From the NCBI GenBank assembly GCA_040752395.1, contig JBFMHD010000001.1, positions 1 to 48,348 of the forward strand: DNA of 48,348 nt. The letters run 5' to 3'. The stretch's first letter is position 1, and each line of letters opens with the position of its first letter. This stretch comes from Candidatus Hydrogenedentota bacterium. GTDB lineage: Bacteria > JBFMHD01. The notes beneath the pieces are model-generated. The model searched no databases, had not been told where the DNA came from, and worked only from the letters and a program-made list of their open reading frames with translations. The translations under genes and the position numbers were made by a program. This document shows, one piece after another, positions 1 to 8,073 of this stretch.

Positions 1-2
1 CC

Positions 3-113
3 ATAGCAAACGCGATATATCATCCGGTAGAGGTTCGATTACGTAGAGCTCCGTTCACGCCGGAGCGGGTTTTGAATGCTATTAGCAACAAAAATTCAAA
101 GCGGTCGTCATGA
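3..113 (+). CDS. 3' end (partial, cut by window edge) of a molybdopterin-dependent oxidoreductase large subunit (xanthine dehydrogenase / aldehyde oxidase family)
   Basis: Frame 3 reads IANAIYHPVEVRLRRAPFTPERVLNAISNKNSKRSS followed by TGA at 111-113. The IANAI...R.R..P.TPE.VL pattern resembles the conserved C-terminal tail of this family. Only 36 aa are visible. Confidence 0.4.
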   Translation: MANAIYHPVEVRLRRAPFTPERVLNAISNKNSKRSS

Positions 114-219
114 GCGCAGGTTGCGCTCTACACAAAGGATGAAAAACAGGTTTTTCCCTTACTTTTAACTTTTAACTTTCTAGCTGATATTATTAGAGTT
201 ACAACGTTTTTCAGAGGAG
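109..219 (+). repeat. Mosaic intergenic repeat, copy A (hairpin module H + ACTTTTA heptamer words + 35-nt P module)
   Basis: It contains GAGCGCaggttGCGCTC followed by TACACAAAGGATGAAAAAC, then ACTTTTA ACTTTTA ACTTTC (161-180). It ends with TGATATTATTAGAGTTACAACGTTTTTCAGAGGAG (185-219), which stops 4 nt before the ATG at 224. The same modules recur at the other copies listed. Confidence 0.85.
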
Positions 220-223
220 ATAA

Positions 224-1096
224 ATGGTTGATATAAAAGAGAATTTAAATAATTTAATCGATACTATTAAAGAGCTACCCTCTCTACCTATTATTGTAAC
301 TCAGCTTATCCAGACAATAAATAATGAAAAGAGTAGCGCTATAGATGTAGCAAAGATTATAAGCAATGACCAGGCTGTAACTTCAAAAATATTGAGGCTT
401 GTAAATTCAGCATATTTTGGGTTCCAAAAAAAGATTACAACGGTTCAGCATGCGATCTCGATTCTTGGATTTGATACTATACGTTCAATAGCATTGAGTC
501 TTTCGGTATTTGAGGATATAAAGGGTGATCTTGGGTTGTTTAATAAAGAAAGTTTCTGGGCGCATTCAATCGGCACAGCGGTTTCTTCAAGGGAACTTGC
601 AAAAATAATAAATATGGAGGATTTAAGTGGCACGGCTTTTGTATGCGGACTTTTACACGATATTGGCAAATTGATTGAGTTTAAATATTTTATAAATGAT
701 TTTAATAATGTCGTACGTCTTTCCGCAGCACAAAATATATGTTTTTATGAAGCGGAGATGCAAATATTTAGAATATCTCATACTGAGATAGGTTACAAAT
801 TAGGAACAAAATGGGATTTTCCGGATGAGATTTGTATCCCTATATTACATCATCATACCTTCACAGATAAGTTTAATAATTATACTCATAATGAAAGAAT
901 TCTAATCGCTATAGTACATCTTGCTAACATTATAAGTAAATCAAGGAATTTTGGTTATAGCGGTTATGAAAAGATACCAGATTTGCTAAAAGAGTATTAT
1001 GAGGTATTACAGGTAAACAGACAACAGCTCGGCGTATTAATAGAACGTACAGAAGACGAATTTAACAAATCTCTGGAACTTTTAAAGATTATATGA
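224..1096 (+). CDS. HDOD domain signalling protein
   Basis: The N-terminal LPSLPIIVTQLIQTINNEKSSAIDVAKIISNDQAVTSKILRLVNSAYFGF...ISILGFDTIRSIAL matches the HDOD signature. A degenerate HD motif (GLLHDIGKL) is present. A GGAG Shine-Dalgarno lies 4 nt upstream. Confidence 0.85.
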   Translation: MVDIKENLNNLIDTIKELPSLPIIVTQLIQTINNEKSSAIDVAKIISNDQAVTSKILRLVNSAYFGFQKKITTVQHAISILGFDTIRSIALSLSVFEDIKGDLGLFNKESFWAHSIGTAVSSRELAKIINMEDLSGTAFVCGLLHDIGKLIEFKYFINDFNNVVRLSAAQNICFYEAEMQIFRISHTEIGYKLGTKWDFPDEICIPILHHHTFTDKFNNYTHNERILIAIVHLANIISKSRNFGYSGYEKIPDLLKEYYEVLQVNRQQLGVLIERTEDEFNKSLELLKII

Positions 1097-2379
1097 GTTA
1101 CGACCTGCTTAAAAAACATATTGATAAATTTTATGATAAAAAGAGAAAAGACTGGAATAATCTACCCTGTGACGAAAATTTTAAATCTTTTCTTTTAGAT
1201 TGTCTTAATAAATGGGATGAATTATTTAATAATGTTTTTTTAAGAAATGAGAAATTCTTGAAAATAGCCGCTCCTTTTACAGAACATACCCTGTTTAATC
1301 CCTGCCAGTATTATATGAGATTTGATGGTTCCATAGTATTTATAGAGAATATCCTGCTTGATGATTATGGTGAACTTATCGCAGGTCACCCTTTACGTTT
1401 CCCTTATATCGATTCAATCCCAGGATGGTATTACAGCAATAATATAGAACCTGATATCTTCGGCATACCTATGAAATGCACAACACGGGTCTTCTTTAAT
1501 GGAAGAAAGGATTACCAGAAACAGACCGAAGATTGCCTGAAAATTATAAATTATCAAAGAAATAGTAAATATCCTATACTCCCGCTTTATTTCCATAATC
1601 AGAAGGTCAATGACCAAAATTTAAGGATTACTCAAACCCCGATATTTCGTAGAGAAAATTTTATCGTATATTTCCCTGTAAGAAGGGCTCTTGATTATAT
1701 GTATAATATTATAAAATTTGAGCCTGTTGTGAAAGGAACAGAGTGGTTACTTTCAAAAAGTCATACCTATCCATTTAGCAAGTTCGAGGCTTTAGAATAT
1801 GATTCACTTGGTGTTACAGGTTCTTCATCTTTTGGCGATACGAATGATAAAGAAGATTTTGATGTAATGTTTCTTGATAGTTTAGAAAATCTCCAAAAAT
1901 TCAGAGATTTCATTAACGAGGCCGTAAAAAATGATTTATTTACCTTTGTCTCAAAGAACAGGGGGTTACGCGTAAAACTTAATGAGATAAAGATTGAATG
2001 TAATAATAATCAACCCCTTATACTCTGCACTTTTCTGAATTTAAACAATATAAGAGACGATATTTTATATAGAAGCAGATTCAACATTCTTGGTAAAATC
2101 GATTATTTTGAAGCTCGTGTTCAAGATGACTCGGAAAATATGATAAACCCGCCAAGAATAAAGATAGCGGATTTTAGAAATGTGCAGAATAGAGATAGCC
2201 TGATTCTTGAAGATAATATGTTATTAATAGCGATGACAGGCACTGCAAGAGGATTATATTACAAAGATATGTATATAAGTGTAAAAGACTCGATAGTTGT
2301 AGAATTCAAACCAGAAAATGCCGATCCTTTTAGAGCTATCGTTTCTATAGGCTGGTACGATATAGAGATTCTAAATTAA
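1093..2379 (+). CDS. Hypothetical protein with a Pol-beta-type nucleotidyltransferase signature; family not recognised
   Basis: This is a long ORF whose start overlaps the HDOD stop (ATGA). Residues ~239-260, LGVTGSSSFGDTNDKEDFDVMF, fit the hG[GS]-x9-13-DxD minimal NTase motif (nt ~1807-1872). I do not recognise the remaining ~240 aa N-terminal and ~160 aa C-terminal regions. Confidence 0.6.
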   Translation: MSYDLLKKHIDKFYDKKRKDWNNLPCDENFKSFLLDCLNKWDELFNNVFLRNEKFLKIAAPFTEHTLFNPCQYYMRFDGSIVFIENILLDDYGELIAGHPLRFPYIDSIPGWYYSNNIEPDIFGIPMKCTTRVFFNGRKDYQKQTEDCLKIINYQRNSKYPILPLYFHNQKVNDQNLRITQTPIFRRENFIVYFPVRRALDYMYNIIKFEPVVKGTEWLLSKSHTYPFSKFEALEYDSLGVTGSSSFGDTNDKEDFDVMFLDSLENLQKFRDFINEAVKNDLFTFVSKNRGLRVKLNEIKIECNNNQPLILCTFLNLNNIRDDILYRSRFNILGKIDYFEARVQDDSENMINPPRIKIADFRNVQNRDSLILEDNMLLIAMTGTARGLYYKDMYISVKDSIVVEFKPENADPFRAIVSIGWYDIEILN

Positions 2380-2417
2380 CGTAATTCCTCATAATTATTC
2401 GGCCTTATATTTTTTGT

Positions 2418-3869
2418 TTATTCTTCGAAGTGTTTGGCTTTGTCAACAAATATAGATTTCTTTAATAAATAGAAGATTTGACGTAAGGTTAATTTATGTG
2501 GATAGATTTTTGTCTTAATAAGATAAATTTTTGTTAATAAATAAGCATAAAAGAATAGCTTGTTTACTGGTAGATAAATAAGAAATTTATAGCAGATACT
2601 TTTTAACCACGGCTGCCAGACTATAACAGTCCCTAATAATGACAGATTCTGCTGTATATCTTTTTGTTTTTCAGTAAAGCAACTTAATGGTGAACGGGTC
2701 TGATATGAAAAATGTAGTTTGGTATAATCACCTTCAAAATACCCCTTCTCTTTACAATACTCGCCAAGCTCAGTTTTAGGATATGGGTATAGCACAGGGA
2801 ATTCTGCAAATGTTACCTTACATTCTACATTCAAATCTATGGTTTGTTTATCATCCTTAATTGAACTATAAGGTAACCCCAGTATACTATTACAAAAGGT
2901 TTTAATATTATATTTTTCACATAGTCTGAACGCATTTTTAATCTGTTCATCAGTCATATTTCTTTTTAGAAGGTCGTTTCGTAGATGTGGCGTTCCTGAT
3001 TCTATCGACATATTGATTGAATAACAGCCAGCTATCTTCAAAAGTTTAATTATATCTTCATTTAATATATCGCATCGTGAAGCACAATGAAATGGGATTT
3101 TGACTCTCGCTTGATATTCTTTACAAAATTTTTCAAGCCATACATCATTAGGAAAAGTAAATATATCATCATAAAATTTAATCAGATGTATAGGGTATTT
3201 TGCTTTGACTGAGAGAATCTGTTCTATCGCATACTCAACACTTGTTCTTCGAACAGGTTTCATTTGAAAATTATAGAGTTTTCTGTATGAGTGATTGAAA
3301 CAATACGTACAGGGATACGGACATCCCCGGGAAAACATAAAACTTTTAACCGGGAACCAGCTCATCTCAGTATTTTTATAAAAAATGTCTCTATCTGGGA
3401 AGGGGAGTGAATCGAGGTCTTCAATTAAGGGGCGCAATTTATTGATACCCTTTTCTGTAACAATATTATCAAGAGATGAAAAATCTCTCCCATTGGCAAT
3501 ACAATCAAGAAATTCGTTAAAAAAATTATCTCCCTCGGCCCGACAAAAAGCACTCATATTACTTTTATTAAAATCTTCAGGAAAAAAGGTAGGATGAGCA
3601 CCACCAAGAATAGAAACTATATTAAAATGTTTGTTAACTAATTTTTGAAACTCAAAATAAAACTTATGTTCACCTGTGGATGCGCTGTAGCACAGGATGT
3701 CGGGTTTGAGCTTTTTAATCTTATCTAAGACATTCTCACGTGTAAGGATACCAAGATATGTTGAATGTCCCTTTTTCTTTGCTATGGCTGATAATTGCAT
3801 TATCCCTTGCGGGTCAATAAAATCAATATGATTCACAATAAATAAAATGTTCAGCTTATCTATCATCAT
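2418..3869 (-). CDS. B12-binding domain radical SAM enzyme (class B)
   Basis: The N-terminal Rossmann-like B12-binding region reads ILFIVNHIDFIDPQGIMQLSAIAKKKGH. The CxxxCxxC radical SAM motif is present in FSRGCPYPCTYCFNH. The track start at 3899 is a TTG inside the upstream repeat, so I place the start at the ATG at 3869 (MMIDKLN). Confidence 0.85.
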   Translation of the reverse strand: MMIDKLNILFIVNHIDFIDPQGIMQLSAIAKKKGHSTYLGILTRENVLDKIKKLKPDILCYSASTGEHKFYFEFQKLVNKHFNIVSILGGAHPTFFPEDFNKSNMSAFCRAEGDNFFNEFLDCIANGRDFSSLDNIVTEKGINKLRPLIEDLDSLPFPDRDIFYKNTEMSWFPVKSFMFSRGCPYPCTYCFNHSYRKLYNFQMKPVRRTSVEYAIEQILSVKAKYPIHLIKFYDDIFTFPNDVWLEKFCKEYQARVKIPFHCASRCDILNEDIIKLLKIAGCYSINMSIESGTPHLRNDLLKRNMTDEQIKNAFRLCEKYNIKTFCNSILGLPYSSIKDDKQTIDLNVECKVTFAEFPVLYPYPKTELGEYCKEKGYFEGDYTKLHFSYQTRSPLSCFTEKQKDIQQNLSLLGTVIVWQPWLKSICYKFLIYLPVNKLFFYAYLLTKIYLIKTKIYPHKLTLRQIFYLLKKSIFVDKAKHFEE

Positions 3870-3876
3870 TACTAAT

Positions 3877-4198
3877 GAGGCAGTGAGGCAGTGCCTCAAG
3901 CCACTCTACCGTTTGATAACTGCTATGCCATATAGAAGCAGCAAATTATCTCCGTAAGAAGCGTAATTTTGTTGACAAAGAGACGGATGAGGCAGTGCCT
4001 CAACCCATTCTACCATCAGCTAGCTGCTATGCCATACTGAAAGAGCGAATTCTCCACGAAAAAAAGCGAAAAATTCTTTACAAAGAGACGGATGAGGCAG
4101 TGCCTCAAGCCACTCTGCCATTATATGGCTGATATTCCATAATATGTCAGCAAATTATCTATGCAAAAAGCGTAGATAATTTAAATATATTATTTATA
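3877..4198. repeat. Tandem array of three ~105-bp units, each headed by the palindrome GAGGCAgTGCCTC
   Basis: Units start at 3885, 3989 and 4094, giving periods of 104 and 105 bp. They share GAGGCAGTGCCTCAA(G/C)CCA(C/T)TCT, then CAGCAAATTATCT / AAGCGTA, then CAAAGAGACGGAT. An extra partial GAGGCAGT lies at 3877-3884. Confidence 0.85.
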
Positions 4199-4282
4199 TA
4201 GAGAGTTTAATAATAACCCATATTTCTAAAAAGTAAAGAATTATTATAAATCCCCCATTCAATAAAAATAACCCTACCGTCT

Positions 4283-4519
4283 CTCCTCTGAAAAACGCTG
4301 TAACTCTAATAATTCGGGGTACAGGCTACGGGCTACGGACTACAGCCGGCTGGAGACAAAAGCCCAAAAGCCTGCTGATAAGTCTTGAGTCATGAGTCCT
4401 GTTTTGACTCACGACTCACGACTCTTTTTATATCATCCTTAGTTTTTCATATATTGTGTAGAGCGCAAACCGCGCTCATGTTTGACTCCTTTGAAAAACT
4501 TCGCGACCCTAATAATTTT
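4283..4519 (-). repeat. Mosaic intergenic repeat, copy B (full-length, inverted orientation)
   Basis: The reverse complement aligns module by module with copy G (38693-38984). The shared modules are the P-like TTTTTCAAAGGAGTC, CATGAGCGCGGTTTGCGCTCTACACAA, the GAGTC/GACTC word hairpin, the GGCT/GTAGCC heptamers with CAGCCGGCTG, and the P core (4283-4313). Confidence 0.9.
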
Positions 4520-4644
4520 ACGAAGTAAGAAGTATCAGAAAAATGCGGCATGCTGAAATCTGTGGTCAACAGCCAGAATTTCGCTATTTTTATAGCTGGA
4601 TTGTGAATTTATAAATCTTGACTGGAATTTATTGCCAAGGGGTG

Positions 4645-5052
4645 TTATAATCCTATAAAACCTTGATTTTTTAGTTTATTCAATACAAAAACTTTAACTT
4701 TTTCAGCGATTTCAATCGCCTGTCTGCTCTCATCTAAAGATGGAAATAATATCTCCGACGGATACCGTAATTCAATAGCATATTCAGTCAGTCTGTCAGC
4801 TTTTATTTGATACAGATTATTAAAATCGGGTTCGATAGCTGTACATAGTTCTATCAATTCAGTAATATCATGCGTTTTTCTTATCTCCTTTTTATTGAAA
4901 ATAATAAAAGCTTTTAAATATTTTTCCACACATTGTTGCATATGAAAACACACTGCATCTGTTGCAGGTGATACTGTGGCAAACTCATCTTTGCCAGTTT
5001 TTAAGTCACTTTCTGCTTTCATAATCCAGTATTGTGTACCACGGCCATTCAT
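4645..5052 (-). CDS. HEPN domain protein (putative toxin of a HEPN/MNT pair)
   Basis: This 135-aa helical protein (ESDLKTGKDEF...QQCVEKYLKAFI...IRKTHDITELIELC...AIELRYP) shows the typical stand-alone HEPN pattern. It overlaps the upstream MNT gene by 4 bp. Confidence 0.8.
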   Translation of the reverse strand: MNGRGTQYWIMKAESDLKTGKDEFATVSPATDAVCFHMQQCVEKYLKAFIIFNKKEIRKTHDITELIELCTAIEPDFNNLYQIKADRLTEYAIELRYPSEILFPSLDESRQAIEIAEKVKVFVLNKLKNQGFIGL

Positions 5053-5363
5053 ACCTGCACACCATATTTGAGAGCATAATAAGTGATAAATCCTGTATCC
5101 TCAGCTCGTTCTTCAATTTGTTTAACCGAATTGATTACAATGTCATTGGGAATCCTTAATTTTGCAAGACGTCTTTTAATTTTTAAAATAATGGACCACT
5201 TCTCATCCCTGTTAAGTTCCTTGTTTATTATTACCAAAAAGTCCCAATCACTCTTATTATCTGCTCTGCCGTTAACCTGGCTCCCAAAAAGATAAATTTT
5301 AACAGGTTCAATCCCCTCTCTTTTAAACTCCTCTCTAATTATTTCAATTGCTGTTTCTTTCAT
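5049..5363 (-). CDS. Minimal nucleotidyltransferase (MNT, putative antitoxin partner of HEPN)
   Basis: IYLFGSQVNGRADNKSDWDFLVI matches the GS-x9-11-DxD motif of MNT proteins. The protein is 104 aa and lies in the classic MNT-then-HEPN order with a 4-bp overlap. Confidence 0.85.
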   Translation of the reverse strand: MKETAIEIIREEFKREGIEPVKIYLFGSQVNGRADNKSDWDFLVIINKELNRDEKWSIILKIKRRLAKLRIPNDIVINSVKQIEERAEDTGFITYYALKYGVQV

Positions 5364-5374
5364 ATATCAATCAC

Positions 5375-5401
5375 ATTATAATATTTTTTCTTAATTGTCA
5401 A
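5375..5401 (-). promoter_or_regulatory. Candidate sigma70-type promoter of the MNT/HEPN operon
   Basis: The minus strand reads TTGACA (5401-5396), a 15-nt spacer, TATAAT (5380-5375), then 11 nt to the ATG at 5363. No Shine-Dalgarno is present, so the mRNA would be near-leaderless. The short spacer lowers confidence. Confidence 0.4.
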
Positions 5402-5433
5402 TTTAAAATGGTTTTTAATATAAATTCCCAATC

Positions 5434-5605
5434 CACCCCTGAAAAACATTGTAACTCAAATAATTCGGGCTACAGGCTACAGGCTACGGACTACAGCCGG
5501 CTGGAGACAAAAGCCCGGAGCCTGAAGCCAACATATCATCCTTAGTTTTTCATATATTGTGTAGAGCGCAACTCGCGATTATGTTGACTCCTCTTGAAAA
5601 AGTTT
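5434..5605 (-). repeat. Mosaic intergenic repeat, copy C (inverted orientation; lacks the GAGTC word hairpin; hairpin H degenerate)
   Basis: Its order is CCCCTGAAAAACATTGTAACTCAAATAATTC, then GGCTACA GGCTACA GGCTACG GACTACA GCCGGCTGGAGAC, then CATATATTGTGTAGAGCGCAACTCGCGATT, then GACTCCTCTTGAAAAAG. This is collinear with copy B. Confidence 0.85.
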
Positions 5606-5630
5606 GGAGTTCGGAGCGAGGAGAGTATAA

Positions 5631-6881
5631 TTAAGAAACTATAAATAAATGATAAGCCTCAGGCTTTAATACAATATTGTTTTCAACAATAAGAGGGTTG
5701 TTAAATGGGTCGTAAGCCTTATTAAAATATCTCATAATGGTTTTCAGTTTTTTAATAGGTACATTAAAAATGTCTTTTTTTGAACGGTTAATAATAAACA
5801 TAGCTTCCTGATCACCAAGTTTTTTAATTAAACAGAGAACCTCAAGGAATTCATATTGCTCGATTTCTACTTCATTCATAAAAATTTTGTTGTTTTCTTT
5901 CAAGTTGTTTACTTTTTTTATAAAATCTACAAGATAAAAACGAGTGGGTTCTCTATCTCCGGGCATCTGATACAAGACATTACATCGTTTTTTAAATCCA
6001 TACTCAAACCCTGAAGTAATCATTATCCCTTCTGCTATGAATGCTGAAAAAATATATCTCATTTTAACCAGATCAGTCCTGTCTTTTAATTCTGTCATCA
6101 GTCTTTCAGTATCATGATTTTCAGGGAAAGCCACAGAATGAGCAAGTCCGACAAACTTATTATGTTGTGGGATGCACCACTTTGCTTCAAAATCCCACCA
6201 TTTACTGCTCTCCATAACATAGTCAAACCCGCTTTTACATAAAACCATAACTTCGTCAAACTCACAACCCAGGCTCTCAGCCCAGAATATAGCTTTGTTA
6301 TCTATTTTTTTGACCTTATCAATGAGATATAACCAGAATTCTTGTGGTATCTGATAAGCAGCATCGCATCTGAACCCCTGTATCCCAAGCTCAATAAACC
6401 ATTTTACTAAATTAAAGATATATTCCCAGAGTTCTTCTTTGTTTCCCTCCTGTCGATAATCAAGTTCAGCTAAATCACCCCATTCAACCCAGCCCTCTCC
6501 ATCTTTTGCACGCGGATGTTTTATCTTACCGGATTCATCTTTTTTATACCACTCTTTATGCTCTTTGACAATGTGTGCATCAATAGCAGTGTGGTTAATT
6601 ACAAGATCAACCATTACCTGTAAGCCATTCTTGTTACAGAACTCTACCCATTCCTTTAAACTTCTATAAGATTCCTCTTTGTTTCTTTTACCAAAAAATA
6701 GAGGATTAAATAAATAATAGTCTTTTGGTGCGTACAAACTACCTGAAAACCCTGGATAATGAATCGGGTTTATATAGACCCAGTTAAATCCCATCAGAGC
6801 AGCTCTTAATGCAGGCGTGTACCAGTTATTTATATCGCCATACAATCTCTGAAACAGGTTATAGACAAAAAATTTTTTCAT
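5631..6881 (-). CDS. Glycoside hydrolase family 13 (alpha-amylase superfamily) enzyme, possibly GlgE-like
   Basis: The GH13 conserved regions are present: VDLVINHTA, GFRCDAAY, FWAESLG and FPENHD. The start is taken at the ATG for MKKFF (6881). The track's GTG at 6896 is an alternative. Confidence 0.8.
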   Translation of the reverse strand: MKKFFVYNLFQRLYGDINNWYTPALRAALMGFNWVYINPIHYPGFSGSLYAPKDYYLFNPLFFGKRNKEESYRSLKEWVEFCNKNGLQVMVDLVINHTAIDAHIVKEHKEWYKKDESGKIKHPRAKDGEGWVEWGDLAELDYRQEGNKEELWEYIFNLVKWFIELGIQGFRCDAAYQIPQEFWLYLIDKVKKIDNKAIFWAESLGCEFDEVMVLCKSGFDYVMESSKWWDFEAKWCIPQHNKFVGLAHSVAFPENHDTERLMTELKDRTDLVKMRYIFSAFIAEGIMITSGFEYGFKKRCNVLYQMPGDREPTRFYLVDFIKKVNNLKENNKIFMNEVEIEQYEFLEVLCLIKKLGDQEAMFIINRSKKDIFNVPIKKLKTIMRYFNKAYDPFNNPLIVENNIVLKPEAYHLFIVS

Positions 6882-6997
6882 AAAAAACAGAACCACCTTT
6901 TTTATATATTATCTTTTTTTATTATAATTACAACTAATTTTTTTCTTGCTTAAATTGTTATTTTAGTTAAACTCTAACCACTTAAGTATATTGTTTT

Positions 6998-7053
6998 ATC
7001 TTGCTTCTTGCTTCTACTTGATATTATTATAGTTACAACGTTTTTCAGAGGAG
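6998..7053 (+). repeat. Mosaic repeat, copy D (TTGCTTC word block + P module only)
   Basis: It reads ATC TTGCTTC TTGCTTC TACT followed by TGATATTATTATAGTTACAACGTTTTTCAGAGGAG (7019-7053). This differs from copy A at 1 of 35 positions and lies 8 nt before the ATG at 7062. Confidence 0.9.
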
Positions 7054-7061
7054 GTAGTAAA

Positions 7062-7280
7062 ATGATTAAGGTAGTATTAAAACTTTCGTTCCCTGCGAAA
7101 CTGGTAAAGAAACCAGTAATGCACACTTTAGTAAAAAAGATGGATGTAAAGCCTAATATTTTGGCGGCGAGTGTGACTCCGCGTGGCGGCAAAGTCACAC
7201 TGGAGATTACAGGCAGAAAATCCAATGTAAAAAGAGCAGTAACATATCTTAAAAAGATAGGGGTTAAAGTTTTAGAATAA
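7062..7280 (+). CDS. Stand-alone NIL domain protein (sulfur/methionine-related ferredoxin-like domain)
   Basis: The 72-aa sequence MIKVVLKLSFPAKLVKKPVMHTLVKKMDVKPNILAASVTPRGGKVTLEITG...YLKKIGVKVLE matches the NIL domain pattern. The track ORF's 18 N-terminal codons (from 7008) read through the P repeat and are discarded. The true ATG has the GGAGG Shine-Dalgarno. Confidence 0.75.
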   Translation: MIKVVLKLSFPAKLVKKPVMHTLVKKMDVKPNILAASVTPRGGKVTLEITGRKSNVKRAVTYLKKIGVKVLE

Positions 7281-7919
7281 GTGTTTAATAGAATTAAAGA
7301 AGATATAGAAACTGTTTTTAAAAAGGACCCTGCGGCAAGAAGTTTAATAGAGGTGATCTTCTGTTATCCGGGTTTACATGCTATCTGGCTGCATCGGGTG
7401 GCACATTTCTTATGGGTTCATAATTTATTTTTTCTGGCTCGGTTACTCTCACATATCAACCGTTTTTTAACAGGTGTAGAGATACATCCAGGCGCTAAAA
7501 TAGGCAGAAGAATTTTTATAGACCATGGCATGGGTGTGGTTATTGGGGAAACCTCTGAGATAGGAGACGATGTTTTACTTTATCAGGGCGGTGTTTTAGG
7601 TGGGACTACTTTTGACAAAAAGAAACGTCACCCAACTATCGGGAATAATGTTGTTATCGGAGCTGGTGCAGCGGTTCTTGGTCCTATTACTGTAGGTAAC
7701 CATGTTCGTATTGGCGCTGGTGCGGTTGTAGATAAGGATGTTCCGTCGGACACAACAGTTGTTGGGGTACCAGGAAAAGTAAAGATTTGTATTACTCCTT
7801 CCGAGATTGATACCCTGACTCTGGGTAATTTACCGGACCCTATGCTTGAAGGCATCACACGACTTGTAAAACGTGTTGAAGAACTCGAAGAAAAGATAAA
7901 AAACCTGGAACAAAAGTAA
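7281..7919 (+). CDS. cysE: Serine O-acetyltransferase
   Basis: The left-handed beta-helix hexapeptide core [45 protein letters not shown] is typical of CysE. The GTG start directly abuts the NIL gene stop. Confidence 0.9.
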   Translation: MFNRIKEDIETVFKKDPAARSLIEVIFCYPGLHAIWLHRVAHFLWVHNLFFLARLLSHINRFLTGVEIHPGAKIGRRIFIDHGMGVVIGETSEIGDDVLLYQGGVLGGTTFDKKKRHPTIGNNVVIGAGAAVLGPITVGNHVRIGAGAVVDKDVPSDTTVVGVPGKVKICITPSEIDTLTLGNLPDPMLEGITRLVKRVEELEEKIKNLEQK

Positions 7920-8019
7920 TATAGTTGATTCAAAATATCTTTTCTTATGTCAACATAAAAATCAGCTTTCTTTGGGAAATTTGCATCAGAAATTCGCTAT
8001 TTAAGAATTTTTTGCATAT

Positions 8020-8048
8020 TTGATTTTTTGTTATCTTTGTTGTATAAT
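8020..8048 (+). promoter_or_regulatory. Candidate sigma70-type promoter upstream of the aspartyl-protease remnant
   Basis: It reads TTGATT (8020-8025), a 17-nt spacer, then TATAAT (8043-8048). An AAGGAG Shine-Dalgarno follows, 9 nt before the ATG at 8074. Confidence 0.35.
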
Positions 8049-8073
8049 AAATATTATAAGGAGAATTTGAGTT

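Noticed and set aside
114-130. Hairpin H (GAGCGC-N5-GCGCTC), located right after stop codons at 111 and 21655, could be a Rho-independent terminator.
   Set aside because: The stem is only 6 bp, and it is followed by TACACAA... rather than a U-tract on either strand. In copies B and G it does not follow a gene end.
445-669. There are many short antisense or out-of-frame ORFs in the track, for example 445-669(-), 1414-1617(-), 3385-3597(+), 5083-5295(+) and 6974-7225(-). Others are 7628-7933(-), 11714-12022(+), 21002-21331(-), 25605-25976(-), 30288-30682(-), 44911-45312(-) and 46960-47292(-).
   Set aside because: All lie inside longer ORFs that carry clear family motifs on the other strand or in another frame. 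They have low-complexity composition and no Shine-Dalgarno or recognisable domains. They are typical shadow ORFs.
3877-4198. The tandem array could be a CRISPR array.
   Set aside because: The whole ~105-bp units are homologous to each other, so this is not short identical repeats separated by unique spacers. There are only three units, the period is far longer than the CRISPR repeat-plus-spacer length, and no cas genes are present in the window.
4631-4652. An extended -10 (TGTTATAAT) on the plus strand at the 3' end of the HEPN gene could be an antisense promoter.
   Set aside because: The TATAA overlaps the HEPN stop codon and last codons, so it is constrained by coding. The only TTGACT lies 22 nt upstream, which is the wrong spacing. 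Such hexamers are frequent by chance in AT-rich DNA.
7008-7061. A shared N-terminal peptide MLLLDIIIVT(T/A)FFRG at the start of two track ORFs (7008 and 40001) could look like a conserved signal or leader peptide.
   Set aside because: Both extensions start at TTG inside the P repeat. The same nucleotides precede other genes out of frame or with an intervening stop (copies A and G). The differences between copies are non-synonymous. A GGAG Shine-Dalgarno plus ATG lies at the 3' end of the module. The extensions are read-through of a non-coding repeat.
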